A stretch of DNA of 64,000 nucleotides, from the NCBI GenBank assembly GCA_964016885.1, contig OZ024749.1, forward strand, positions 13,950,001-14,014,000, written 5' to 3'. Every line of letters starts with the position of its first letter. Position 1 is the stretch's first letter. Origin of the DNA: Eledone cirrhosa (lineage: Eukaryota). This document shows positions 1 through 12,573 of the stretch, in pieces. A program made the position numbers and the translations under genes. The notes under the pieces were generated by a model, which worked only from the letters and a program-made list of their open reading frames with translations, was not told the origin of the DNA and made no database searches.

Positions 1-84
1 GATGAGTATTGACGTACATGGGAGTCGAACCCACATCTTTGGTTATCCAGACCACTGTGCTTCCCATGTACGTCAATACTCATC
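1..84 (-). repeat. 23-bp inverted repeat enclosing a tRNA-like (T-arm/B-box) sequence
   Basis: GATGAGTATTGACGTACATGGGA (1-23) is the exact reverse complement of 62-84. The minus-strand loop contains GGGTTCGACTCCC. Confidence 0.55.
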
Positions 85-184
85 TTTTTCCATTTCTCCG
101 AGGGTTCTTAACCCCACTATCAGGCTAAATAATTTCTTTAATTTCTTTAGTCAAAATACGGCGATAGCTTACATTTATAATAAT

Positions 185-215
<31 letters not shown>

Positions 216-309
216 AAGAAAAAGGGATGAAATCGAAAATGCAACTGAAGTCTTATTTATTTATTTATTTTTTTTTTTTTTTTTTTTAAATATATATATT
301 TATTTGGTT

Positions 310-347
310 CCTTTACCGGTTTCGCAGTTCTTCTGCTTTTCAAAAGG
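310..347 (-). ncRNA. Minimal hammerhead ribozyme, mirror copy in the left arm
   Basis: Exact reverse complement of 417-454. Confidence 0.75.
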
Positions 348-416
348 TGAGTTGAGATGGAGGGTCTGTGGTTTTTCTCACAGTGAGAAAAACCACAGAC
401 CCTCCATCTCAACTCA

Positions 417-454
417 CCTTTTGAAAAGCAGAAGAACTGCGAAACCGGTAAAGG
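417..454 (+). ncRNA. Minimal type-I hammerhead ribozyme, U3-A8 core variant
   Basis: CCTT-TTGAAAA-GCAG aagaa CTGC-GAAA-CCGG-TA-AAGG. Stem I CCTT/AAGG, stem II GCAG/CTGC, palindromic stem III ACCGGT, GUA cleavage triplet. Confidence 0.75.
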
Positions 455-585
455 AACCAAATAAATATATATATTTTTTTTAAAAATAAGACTTCAGTTG
501 CATTTTCGATTTCATCCCTTTTTCTTTATACTTCCACTCGTGTAGGACACCTCGGTTATTTTTCATTTTGTAAAAAAAACCTCAC

Positions 586-592
<7 letters not shown>

Positions 593-657
<65 letters not shown>

Positions 658-855
658 ATGTGTGAGTATGTGTATGTGTCTATGTGTGTGTATGTGTATG
701 TGTGTGCATGTGTGTAAGTGTGTGTATGTGTGTGTGTATGTGTATGTGTGTGTATGTGTATGTGTCTCTGTGTGTGTATGTGTATGTGTGTCATGTGTAT
801 GTGTGTATGTGTGTGTGTCTGTGTGTGTCTGTGTGTGCCTGTGTATGTGTGTATG
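593..855. repeat. (TA)n/(TG)n/(TGTA)n compound microsatellite
   Basis: Directly visible. It explains the YI/CV ORFs here. Confidence 0.95.
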
Positions 856-964
856 ATATTTTTTAAAGTGAGGAAAGACTGTGCTGAGCCAATCCCACTC
901 TCTGAGAGACAGTAGCTATAACCCGAAAAGAAGAAAAGATCAATATCATCGGAAACTACTGAGC

Positions 965-1284
965 CGCAGGTTTTATATCGGAGTTATCCCAGTTTCCTGA
1001 GTTGTCTTCTCCTAGAAGAATGCCCTGACAAATGCTAGGGGGTCCCAGTGGTTTAACCGCGCGGTACATGTGCGTATACATATTTACACACTTTTGGATG
1101 GCCGTTGACTCTTATGAGTTCTTCCGCCCTTTGTTAGGTTTTGTGTTTTGTCCTGCAGGGTGTCCAAAATCACCCTCCTCACCAAGTAAACTTGGTGGGG
1201 TTGCCGGTTTAGTCGCCGACGACCCAACCATGCGAGAGGTTGTACTAGGTTACATGTTACCAGCAGCACTCAAGAGTGACCCGA
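965..1284 (-). mobile_element. 5' part of a short RTE-like non-autonomous element in a (CATA)n array
   Basis: Diverged copy of ~30850-31119, abutting the (CATA)n array at 1285. Confidence 0.55.
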
Positions 1285-1511
1285 CATAACATACATACAT
1301 ACATAGGCACATACATACATACATTTCATAATACATTCATACTTACACATATACATACATACATACATACATACATACATACATACATACATAGGCACAT
1401 ACATACATACATTTCATAATACATTCATACTTACACATATACATACATACATACATACATACATACATACATACATACATACATACATACATACATACAT
1501 ACATACATACA
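1285..1511. repeat. (CATA)n microsatellite with a short internal duplication
   Basis: Directly visible. Confidence 0.95.
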
Positions 1512-1969
1512 TGGTGGCTGCCAACTCGTTTTCGAGTACGGCCACTACTTTATATCCATGTAGGAGAACCCCTACCGATGCGCTCAACGAGTGTGACTTT
1601 TTAGTCCAGCCAGCGACTTGAAAACTCTGGTACAAACACTACACTTGTGACAATTATTGACACATAGTGCTGGGCCCATGGTACCATGTGACGACAAGTG
1701 CAGAGAGATCTCCAGATATAAAGCAATGCCTGTGCCGTGAAGCTTTTATAGTGAGCAAAGGCACTGCACAAAGCCAGTCCCACTCTCTTAACCAAGATGA
1801 TATTTACCAAAAAGAAGAACAAGTCAACATCATTGGATACCATCAGGGTTGCAGGTGTTATATCAGAGTTTTCCTTCTCCTAGAATTCTGCCTTGACAAA
1901 GGCTAAGGGGTCATCTTTCCCGGTGATTTTGGATGGCCATTGACTCTTAAGAGCTCCTTTGCCCTTTGA
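1511..1969 (-). mobile_element. 5'-truncated RTE-like non-autonomous element with (TGTA)n tail
   Basis: Near-identical to 30510-30969. The minus strand has CTAGGAGAAGGAAAACTCTGA, which resembles RTE 5'UTR motifs. Flanked by (CATA)n on both sides. Confidence 0.6.
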
Positions 1970-2058
1970 CATACATACATACGTACGTACATACATACAT
2001 ACATACATACATACATACATACATACATACACACATACATACATACATACATACATAT

Positions 2059-2622
2059 GCAGGCATAACAGACCAGATATTATGATATGGGACAGGGAGA
2101 AGAAAACATGCACAGTAGTGGAAATTAGCTGCCCAGCAGTTGCCAATATAATATCAAAGATTAGTGAAAAGGAGAATATTTATGCAGAACTGATGAGAAA
2201 TCTGCAGATACTCCACCCTGATTACACCTTCAGATTTAAACCTGTGATTATTGGGGCACTGGGGTATGTTAGTAACTGCCTCAATACAAATCTTGAGAAG
2301 CTAGGCTTCACAGGAACAGAAAGAACACAACTAGTTAGGAAACTACAAGTACAATCCATTAATGGAACAGTAAAAATATGTAAAACATTCCAAAAAATTT
2401 GCATCTAATAACTGCATATACACATGTACAGATGCAGAGCATATACACATGCACACATACAACTCAAAACATACACATCCACACATACAATAACATCCAT
2501 ATTTACACATGCATGCAGACATACATATCTACCTAGTTGATGTTGTGTAAATTCCAATGAGAGAGTCCTGTGTCTATGTTAGAAACCGACTCTCTCTTTA
2601 TTGGTAAAACTTTGTGAAATTA
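2059..2622 (+). mobile_element. 3' end of an R4/Dong-like non-LTR retrotransposon (restriction-like endonuclease plus 3'UTR)
   Basis: The ORF ending at 2408 reads RHNRPDIMIWDREKKTCTVVEISCP...K..EKENIY..L...PVIIGALG, a PD-(D/E)xK RLE domain. It starts abruptly in (CATA)n. Further copies at 31158-31634 and 31985-32137. Confidence 0.85.
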
Positions 2623-2689
2623 TATACACACATATAGAAAGTGAGGTGTGTGAGAGATAATTAAACTAAACATGAATGGATGGGAAATG

Positions 2690-3290
2690 GGTAGATGGAT
2701 GGAAGAGTGACTGGGTGTAGAGATTGTTGGCTGATGACAAATTAACGAACAGTTGCGTGATAGGCTGGGTGGCTGGTAGGCTGGGTGGTTGGGTGGGTGG
2801 CTGGTTGGGTGGTAGGGTGGTAGGGTGGCTGGGTGGTTGGGTTTCTGGGTGGGTGGCTGGGTGAGTGGCTGGGTAGCTAGGTCTTTGGGTGATCGGGAGG
2901 GTCTCTAGTGGGGTGGTTGGTTGTGTGGCTGAGTGATTTGTTAGGTGGATGGCTGGTTGGTTGGGTGGCTGGGTGAGTGGGTAGCTGGGTCTTTGGTTGA
3001 TCTGGGGTCGTCTGGCTGGTTGATTCAGAGGGAGCACTGAGTGGATGGTTGGCAGGGTGGGCGGGTGGCTGGGTATTTGGTTAATGGGTCGGGTGTCTGA
3101 GTGGTTGGTTGGGTGGCTGTCTCGGTGGATGGTTGGTTAATCAAGCGGATGAATTGCTGGTCGGGTATTTGGCTGGGTCGCTGACCGTGTGTGTGGGTCG
3201 TGGGAGGATTGTCTAGCCGGGTGGTTGATCAAGTGGATGGTTAGCTGAACGGGTAGTTGGCTGCCTGGCTGGCTAGTCAAATGGTGGACT
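2690..3290. repeat. Degenerate (GGTT/GGCT/GGGT)n tetranucleotide repeat
   Basis: 4-nt periodic G/T-rich tract. Confidence 0.8.
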
Positions 3291-4902
3291 GTGTGTATTT
3301 ATAACTCCCATACGCCCCAGTTGTTATCGATCTGTTAACCAACTGTAAATATATTGATTGGAGAAGAAGAAGAAGAAGAAGAAGAAGAAAGAGGAGGAGG
3401 AAGAGGGGTGGAGGAGGAGGGACACGTGTGTTGTAAGAGACCAAACTTCTGCAATGTACCGCAGCTGATGAGAGACCGTGACCATCGCTACATACGACAT
3501 TACCTCCTCCACCGCCAACACTACTAACACTAACACCACCACCAACACCACTAGCAAGAGCACCACCACCACCAACACTACCATCGACACCACAATACCA
3601 ACAACAACAACAACAACACTACCATCGACACCACCAACAACAACAACAACAACATCAATACCAACAACAACAACACCACAATACCACAACAACAACACCA
3701 CAATACCAACAACAACAACACCACAATACCAACAACAACACTACCATCAACACCACAATACCACAACAACAACACTACCATCAACACCCAAATCAACTCT
3801 ATTTCTTATGTACATGGTCGCTGGACGTAATAGAAATGCAGTATAAAAGGTGGCATGGTCATATGTGGAACGCCTGTTATTACTGACCAACAGGATCGTT
3901 GCTGACCTAGGGCTAAATAGTAACAAAATGTTTATAATCAATACCACAGCATGTCTTTATTGCCACACCCACTGAAATATACATCTCTCTCTCTCTCTCT
4001 ATATATATATATAGATATACATATATATGTGTGTGTTTGTGTGTGTGTGCGCGTGCGTACCTGTGTGTGTATATATGATGCATATGTATATACGTATATT
4101 CATGTTTGTATGTGGATATGTTTGTATAAATAAATATATATGTATGCATGTGCATGCATGTGTATTTATGTTTATATACACATTACATATAAAGGCACAC
4201 ACGCACACACACACACACGCGCATATATTTATATATATATATATATATGTGTGTGTATGTGTGTATGTGTATGTGCGTATGTGCATGTGTGTGTGTATGT
4301 GCGTGTGCATGTGCATGTGTGTGTATGTGTATATGTGTATGTGCATGTGTGTGTATGTGTACGTGCTTGTGTGTGTGTCTCTATGTGTGTGTGTATGTGT
4401 ATGTGTGTGTGTATGTGCATGTGTGTATGTGTGTGTGTGCATGTGTGTGTGTATGTGTGTATGTATGTATGTGTATGTGTGTATGTGTGTGTGTGTGTCT
4501 GTGTGTAGTACTCAGCTGTTTAAAAATTGCCAAAACTTCCTGTCTTGTGAAATGTTTTATTTTTATCTTGCTACTTGACAATTCTCTTTTCTACAGCATC
4601 ACCCCCTCTCCCTCTCTCTCCAGTACACACACATATATATACACTATATACACTATATACACTATGTGCACTATGTGCACTATATACACACATGCAAATG
4701 TGTTTATGTATCATTCCCAGACTATAGACAAATAAATGTGGGTGGTAGTCGCTATATGTGTATATATATTTATACATTCGTGCAAACACACACACATAAA
4801 CCGTGGGGGTTAAACATTTTCCTATTACCCACGCTACTACCCTAAGTATTGAGTACTCTGGTACGTTATGGTCCATCTGGTTCCTTACCACACTTCCTTC
4901 GT

Positions 4903-5001
<99 letters not shown>

Positions 5002-5114
5002 CTATATATATATAGTTAAAACTTAGACGGGAACAAAAACAGAGAGGCAGTACAAATAAGAGTTTATTAGGTCCACGCTTTTGAGAGTGAGGTGGAGGTG
5101 GATATATATATATA

Positions 5115-5553
5115 AACGTCAGCACCAACAGTTTTGCTAGAGTTGTCAACATAAATGGACCTATTATTTTTATCTAAAGAGTTACGGCCCTTGCCATTCT
5201 GAGTTCAAATCCCGCCGAGGTTAACTTTGCCTTTCATCCTTACGGGGTCGATAAAATAAAGTTCCAGTAATACACTGGGTAATTGCTGGCCTTGTGCCAA
5301 AAGTAGAAACAATTATTTTTATCTAAAGACATTTTTTCGAATTCCATCCTGCCCGTCCACTTAATCTATCTTATTTCTCATTCTTTCTTCTGGGGAAGGA
5401 CTAGCGTCCGAAACGTTAAGACCCTCTTCCTGCTATATCAAGCTAATATATCCCTAATATATCTAATATATAACCTAATATATAACCTAATATATAACCT
5501 AATATATCCCTTCCATATACAGTACCGATTGTGTTGTTATTTCTGTTTACCTT
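5115..5553 (+). mobile_element. Hammerhead-bearing repeat (family B) interrupted by a SINE; ribozyme core decayed
   Basis: Homologous to ~14795-15020. The motif at 5386-5421 has CTGGGGA in place of CTGATGA. Confidence 0.75.
5181..5311 (+). mobile_element. 5'-truncated tRNA-derived SINE with 18-bp TSD
   Basis: B-box GAGTTCAAATCC and body CTTTCATCCTTACGGGGTCGATAAAATAAAG. TSD ATTATTTTTATCTAAAGA at 5163-5180 and 5312-5329. An empty site is visible at ~14828-14845. Confidence 0.9.
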
Positions 5554-5744
5554 TTACACACACACACATAATAATAATAATATATATATATATATATACA
5601 TATATATACAAATATATGCACTTAGTCAAACGCACGGCAATGCCTTAGGATCGCTAGCTTAGGATGACCTCGGCCTCGTCGAGCAACCGACTCTTTAGTG
5701 AAGTTATGTTTATGTATGTAAGTATATATATATATATATATATA

Positions 5745-6090
5745 CAGTTGTCTTTAGGTATTGGCGGGGGCTACGTTCCAAGAGCAATCATGAAGAGTGA
5801 AAAACCGCGAATATTGGATGTGGTCCATAAAAATGCCTCTAATCATCAAAAAAATGACGTAAGATATAGGCCGGCAAATACACTATGTTGTTATTAATAA
5901 TTTAGCGTTAAAAGGCGTGAAAAATATATATATTGCCATGAAAAGAGCCATTAAAAATCGCGGAAGATATTTACGATTCCGCGAATATGCGGTGGTTTCC
6001 ACGAATAATTATTAGTTAAGTTCTAAGGAAAATTCTGCGAATAACCGGGACCGCGAATGCCGGGGACGCGAATGTAGGGAGTACACCGTG
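5745..6090. mobile_element. Degenerate pogo/Tigger-like MITE
   Basis: Begins TA-CAGTTGTC...TATTGGCGGG and ends CGCGAATGTAGGGAGTACACCG, with repeated CCGCGAAT sub-terminal motifs. Confidence 0.55.
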
Positions 6091-6120
6091 CTTATATATA
6101 TATATATATATATATCCACC

Positions 6121-6201
<81 letters not shown>

Positions 6202-6740
6202 CGTGTGTGTGTGTGTGTGTTATGTAGGGCAGCAATAAGGTCAACAGTCACGTTTTACATAGATACAAAGGGTTGTTATTCCCATCGTCGCCGTTGTTCT
6301 GTGGTAATGGTGGTAGTGGTGGTGGTTGTGATGGTGGTGGTGGTACTGGTGATGGTGGTGGTACTGGTGATGGTTGGTTAGTTATGGTAGTAACGAGTAT
6401 AAATATTGTCATTGCTACTGTTGTAGCATAGGCGCTTGTTGACGTTGATGGAGTTGATGATGATTATTGGTTATGTTGATAGAGAATATGATAGTGATGC
6501 TGATGATGATAATAATAGTGAAGTTATTTGTGATGATGATGATGATAATAATAGTAAAATTCTTTGTCGTGATGTTGGTGACTGCTGTACGTCTTTACCT
6601 GTGCGACAAAACTCCATTTTATTTCTTAAACAGCCAAATATACTCCGAAAGAAATGCAACGTTGCACTTATGTCTGGACCAAACGAATAGATGTGTTGTG
6701 TGAACCTAACCTTAAATGTGAATCTACGTGTTTACTTCAT

Positions 6741-6928
6741 AATGTCTACTTTTGGCACCAGGCCAGCAATTATCCCAGTGCATTACTGTTACTTTATTTT
6801 ATCGACCTCATAAGGATGAAAGGCAAAGTTAACCTCGGCGGGATTTGAACTCAGATCATAAAGGGAGGTAACTCTATGCTTCAAAGCATGGCGCCCGACC
6901 CTCTACCGATATTGCCAATGCACCGCCC
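6741..6928 (-). mobile_element. Near full-length tRNA-derived SINE inserted in an RTE LINE, with TSD
   Basis: TGTTTACTTCATAATGTCTACTTTT is duplicated at 6729-6753 and 6929-6953. Same family as 5181-5311. Confidence 0.9.
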
Positions 6929-7990
6929 TGTTTACTTCATAATGTCTACTTTTTGCAGATTGCATTGCACTTAGAGCGACATCTTTAGAGGAAGCCCAGG
7001 AAGACGTAAACCGTTTCTCTGTTGCAAGTAAAAACTTCGTGCTTTCTATCAGCATAAAGAAAACAGAGTTGTTCTATCAGCTATGCCCTATGCCCAGGGA
7101 AATACGAGGTGTCAAACAGAAACCGTCAGTTCCCAAGTCACTAGATACCCCTATAACAGCCGATGGGAAGAATCTCAAGTATGTGAAATCGTCCACATAT
7201 CTTGGCAGTAAGGTGAACTCCAATGCATCTCTTGGTGACGAGGTAATTTATCGTATAGGGAAAGCCACGAGTGCATTTGGCAAGCGCCATCATCGCTTTT
7301 GGAATGAGAGGGACATAAAACTGGACCCCAACATACAGCTTTATAAAGCTGTTGTACTGAACACGCACTTATATGGATCAGAATCTAGGGCTCCATATAG
7401 GCCACATATCAACCAGCTAAGCGTTTTTCATAACGGTTGTCTTCGTGCAATCTGTGGGTACACACTCGAAGACTATCTAATGCTGACCTCTCATTAAGTG
7501 GAAGATTTGACGCATTGAAACCTTTCCTGTAAAATGACAACTACGCTGGGCTGGTCATGTCATCAGAATGAATGACAAAAGACCTCATGTACAGCCAGCT
7601 TCTTGGTGGATATAGAAATGTTGGACGGCCATGACTCAGGTACAAAGACAAGCTGAAGAGTAATCGTTCAGCTACCAATATATCTTATGAGACATTTGAG
7701 CAAGTTGCCGTGCAGTGGGAGAACTGGAGATCTGTGTGACATAATGAGATCAGTAACTTCAAATCCTGTTGTATCCATAAGCTATAAGAAGCAAGAGTGG
7801 GGAGAAAAGCATTATCAAACATACCAGCAACTTTATCCAATAAACCTCAACCTTGCACAATCTGTGGACTTGCTTGCACATCCTTGGCAGGTCTAAAATG
7901 TCATATGTGACATATATAAACATCCAAACTTAATGGCCTGAATAGTTTGTTTGCATCTTCATACGTTCAAATCGATGGAAGAGTTCGATA
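6929..7990 (+). pseudogene. RTE-clade LINE reverse transcriptase C-terminal remnant
   Basis: LFAD-like motif at ~6950, then GLSISIKKTE-like, TYLGS, DEVIYRIGKATSAFGKR, LYKAVVL..LYGSE, QLRWAGHVIRM and a terminal CxxC..H knuckle (CTICG...GLKCHM), with frameshifts. Confidence 0.9.
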
Positions 7991-8006
7991 TATGTATATA
8001 TATATA

Positions 8007-8107
<101 letters not shown>

Positions 8108-8153
8108 CAAGATGTATTCAGTAAGAAACTGGTTAGACCATAACTCACCAGAG

Positions 8154-8189
<36 letters not shown>

Positions 8190-8196
<7 letters not shown>

Positions 8197-8540
8197 AAAA
8201 AAAGATGAAATCGATAATGCAACTGGAGTCTTATTTAAAAAAATATATATATATATTTATTTGGTTCCTTTACCGGTTTCGCAGTTCTGCTTTTCAAAAG
8301 TAGAGTTGAGATGGAGGGTCTGTGGTTTTTCTCACATCTGTGAGAAAAACTACAGACCCTCCATCTCAACTCTACTTTTGAAAAGCAGAACTGCGAAACC
8401 GGTAAAGGAACCAAATAAATATATATATATATTTTTTTAAATAAGACTCCAGTTGCATTATCGATTTCATCTTTTTTTCTTTATACTTTCACTCGTGTAG
8501 GACACCTCGGTTATTTTTCATTTTGTAAAAAAAACCTCAC

Positions 8541-8548
<8 letters not shown>
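8190..8548. mobile_element. Second fold-back palindrome of family A with hammerheads at 8375-8407 (+) and 8268-8300 (-)
   Basis: Arms ~8190-8335 and 8340-8484. CTT-TTGAAAA-GCAG aa CTGC-GAAA-CCGG-TA-AAG. Confidence 0.8.
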
Positions 8549-8598
<50 letters not shown>

Positions 8599-8606
<8 letters not shown>

Positions 8607-8698
8607 GTGAGGTTTTTTTTACAAAATGAAAAATAACCCTCAGTTATTTTAAAAATAATAAGACTTCAGTTGCATTTTCGATTTCATCTCTTTTTCTT

Positions 8699-8702
<4 letters not shown>
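8599..8702. mobile_element. Rearranged family A terminal fragment
   Basis: 8599-8638 is the reverse complement of the family 3' end and is joined to a plus-orientation piece at ~8650-8702. Confidence 0.7.
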
Positions 8703-8795
<93 letters not shown>

Positions 8796-9150
8796 GTATA
8801 TATATATAGGGGAGGGTCATATTTGTGTAATATTGCCAGAATTAATAACAGAACACACTCACTGTTTGGTTGGTTTTCGCTTCTCGCTTCTGTGTCTTTT
8901 ATATCGGCAATCTAACTTACTCGGTCCTCAATGTTGCCATTGACTGACCGACGGTCAAAAATAATACAGATACAATATAGACACAAACACATATATATAG
9001 TTTATCATAAATCTTTCGTTGCACATCTGCAACATCGTCAGTGGTGTTATCGTTTACTCCTGTTGTATTGTATGTCTACGCCAAGTATAACAATATTTGT
9101 TTCGACACACGATTTCATATAAAAAACCTCGTAAAACTAATTCATCGCCG

Positions 9151-9203
<53 letters not shown>

Positions 9204-9379
9204 TCATCCTTACTTAATGGGGCCAGCTCAGCATTTAGAGAGAATGTGTGTAGATAAAATAAATGTTTATGTGTGTGTGCGAGTGTTGTATAGAGATAAA
9301 CCAAAAGTGTGTGAGAGATATGTAATGTTGATATTGGAATTGCTGTAATTTCTACAGATAGGCTTCTGTTTCTGTTGAG

Positions 9380-10010
9380 AATACAGAGTAGAGGGAGGAT
9401 AGTGGGAGTAGAGATAGAGAGGGGGGAATGGTGGGAGTGGAGAGAGGGGTGAGTGGTGGTAGTAGAGATAGGGAGAGGGTGGCGAAGTAGAGAAAGGGGG
9501 AATGGTGGGAGTAGAGAGAGGGGGGTAGGGAGATGGGGAAGAGGTGGGAGTAGAGAGAGAGGGAGTGGTGGTAGTAGAGATAGAGAGGGGGGAAATGGTG
9601 GGAGTAGAGAGAGGGGGTAGTGGTGGTAGTAGAGATGGAGAGGGGGGAGTGGTTGGGGTAGAGATAGGGAGGGGGTGGCGGAGTAGAGAGAGGGGGATGG
9701 TGAGAGTAGGGAGATGGGGAAGAGGTGGGAGTAGAGAGAGGGGGGAGTGGTGGTAGTAGAGATAGAGAGAGGGGGTAGTGGTGGTAGTAGAGATGGAGAG
9801 GGGGAGTGGGGAGTAGAGATAGGGAGGGGGAGTGGTGGGAGTAGAGAGAGGGGGAACGGTGGGAGTAGAGGGAGAGGGGGATGGTGGGAGTAAATATAGA
9901 AGGGCAACGGTGGGAGTAAATATAGAGGAGGAATGGTAAGAGTATGTAGTGGGGGGATGGTGGAAGTAGATGTAGAATTGGTAGAAGTAGATAGGGTGTG
10001 GTGGTGGGGG
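9380..10010. repeat. Purine/G-rich degenerate repeat (GGGAGTAGAGA-like units)
   Basis: Directly visible. It explains the Pro/Leu-rich minus-strand ORFs. Confidence 0.85.
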
Positions 10011-10019
10011 GTCGGTCTC

Positions 10020-10650
10020 GGAAGCCCTGAAAATAGTCAAAACATTCACCCCACCAGAGGTCCTATAAAGGGTCCTGTTCACTGCCCTTCCCACCTACCA
10101 GTCGCAGAGACCCTGAAATGGGTCATGTTTACTGCCCTTTTATCACACTTACCCTGTCCGTCTCGAAGGCCCTAAAAACGTCATGTTCCCTGCCCTTTTA
10201 TCACACCCACACCACCAGTCTCAGTGACCCTAAAAAGGTCATGTTTACTGCCCTTTTATCACACCACCAGTCTCAGTGACCCTAAAAAGGTCATGTTCCC
10301 TGCCCTTTTATCACACCCACACCACCAGTCTCAGTGACCCTAAAAAGGTCATGTTCCCTGCCCTTTTATCACACCCACACCACCAGTCTCAGTGACCCTA
10401 AAAAGGTCATGTTTACTGCCCTTTTATCACACCACCAGTCTCAGTGACCCTAAAAAGGTCATGTTTACTGCCCTTTTATCACACCACCAGTCTCAGTGAC
10501 CCTAAAAAGGTCATGTTCTCTGCCCTTTTATCACACCCACACCACCAGCCTCAGTGACCCTAAAAAGGTCATGCTCACTGCCCTTCTATCAAACCCACCC
10601 AACCTACACCGAATGCCCTGAAAAGGTCATGTTCACTGCCCCTCCTCACC
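10020..10650. repeat. Minisatellite, ~51-58 bp unit
   Basis: Tandem CCCTAAAAAGGTCATGTT..CTGCCCTTTTATCACAC(CCACAC)CACCAGTCTCAGTGA with degenerate edges. Confidence 0.9.
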
Positions 10651-10842
10651 AGTTGTGGAACATAAGTAAGGTATATCCTACTGAATCTCTTCTGAACCAC
10701 ATCTCAACCATCCCGGCGGAACAACCACTGACCTGGCCCAGTTTAAAGTACCTCCTCCAATATGGAGTGGATGGCCATAACTGGACCTCGTAACCAATGG
10801 TCACACATACATGTTCAGTGTGTGAAACTTTGTTTATACTAA

Positions 10843-11402
<560 letters not shown>

Positions 11403-11434
11403 ATATATATATATGTATATATATATGTATATAT

Positions 11435-11561
<127 letters not shown>

Positions 11562-11577
11562 TATGTGTGTGTGTATT

Positions 11578-11610
<33 letters not shown>

Positions 11611-11719
11611 ATGTATATATATATATATATGTATATATATATACAGATATATATATATATATATCGGATCTAGCTGTCGAAACGGCCGGAGCTCAGCCGT
11701 CGAGGTCCTGAATCTTTTC

Positions 11720-11762
<43 letters not shown>

Positions 11763-11773
11763 TATACACACAT

Positions 11774-11829
<56 letters not shown>

Positions 11830-12230
11830 ACATACATATACATCTATGAGAGGGGTCAGTTCCTTCTGGGTAAAACACTGTACTAATGGAAAACGAACTA
11901 ATTGAATCTATTAATATATAATAAAAAATATCGGAATTGGTTCCAAAACGTAAAAAATGCCGGATTCTTTTGCTGAATGTACTTTTGTGGAGAAGATTGT
12001 CTTACAGGAAAAACAAAACAAAACAGAGGGAATTTATTCATATGAAAAACAAAAGCAAAAAAAAAAAAACTAGTGAATTAGTATTCAATGATGATATTAA
12101 CATCTGTCTGAGTATTGCACAGCCACGTGTAGCCTTAATGCTTTTTTTAGTGTTTTCTATTATAGCTTCCAGTCTTTTAAGAGGAATTTGGTAAGGGAAA
12201 TTGCAAAAGACCATCGTGTATATATATAAT

Positions 12231-12340
12231 CAGGGTGTCCCCCAAATATGTATACACACCTTGATTACCTGTACAGGCAATATTTATTAGAATGGTGTTG
12301 TATACATTTTGGGGGGCGGGGTGGGGTGGGGACACCCTGT
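12231..12340. mobile_element. Short Tc1/mariner-type MITE
   Basis: TIR CAGGGTGTCCCC...GGGGACACCCTG. Relatives at ~37935-38012 and 53283-53362. Confidence 0.75.
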
Positions 12341-12573
12341 GTATATATGTATATGTATATATATATATATCCTAAACAGACGGTAGTCCGTTTAGTAATA
12401 TTGTTGTGGTCGTGTTTTTGTTGGCAATCGTCTGTTTACGACAGTACAGCGCGGCTCTACTTTATTTAACTGAGATAAAACTTTTATGAGCATGAACAGT
12501 AGATCATTACGCATCTTTTGGCTTAAAAATCTAGAAATTTGGTCCAGCGGGAAAAAGTTTATAATCAAAGTTT

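Larger units (their letters stand above)
212..592. mobile_element. Fold-back palindrome of a hammerhead-bearing repeat (Penelope pseudo-LTR-like, family A) between (TA)n tracts
   Basis: Arms ~212-381 and 383-530 are near-exact reverse complements apart from a T-tract indel. The right arm extends unpaired to ~592. A second copy lies at 8190-8548. Confidence 0.8.

Noticed and set aside
1-84. Functional tRNA gene
   Set aside because: Only a T-arm-like motif is present; no complete cloverleaf can be drawn.
3462-3495. CTGATGAG as a hammerhead core
   Set aside because: No stem II followed by GAAA and no stem I partner nearby.
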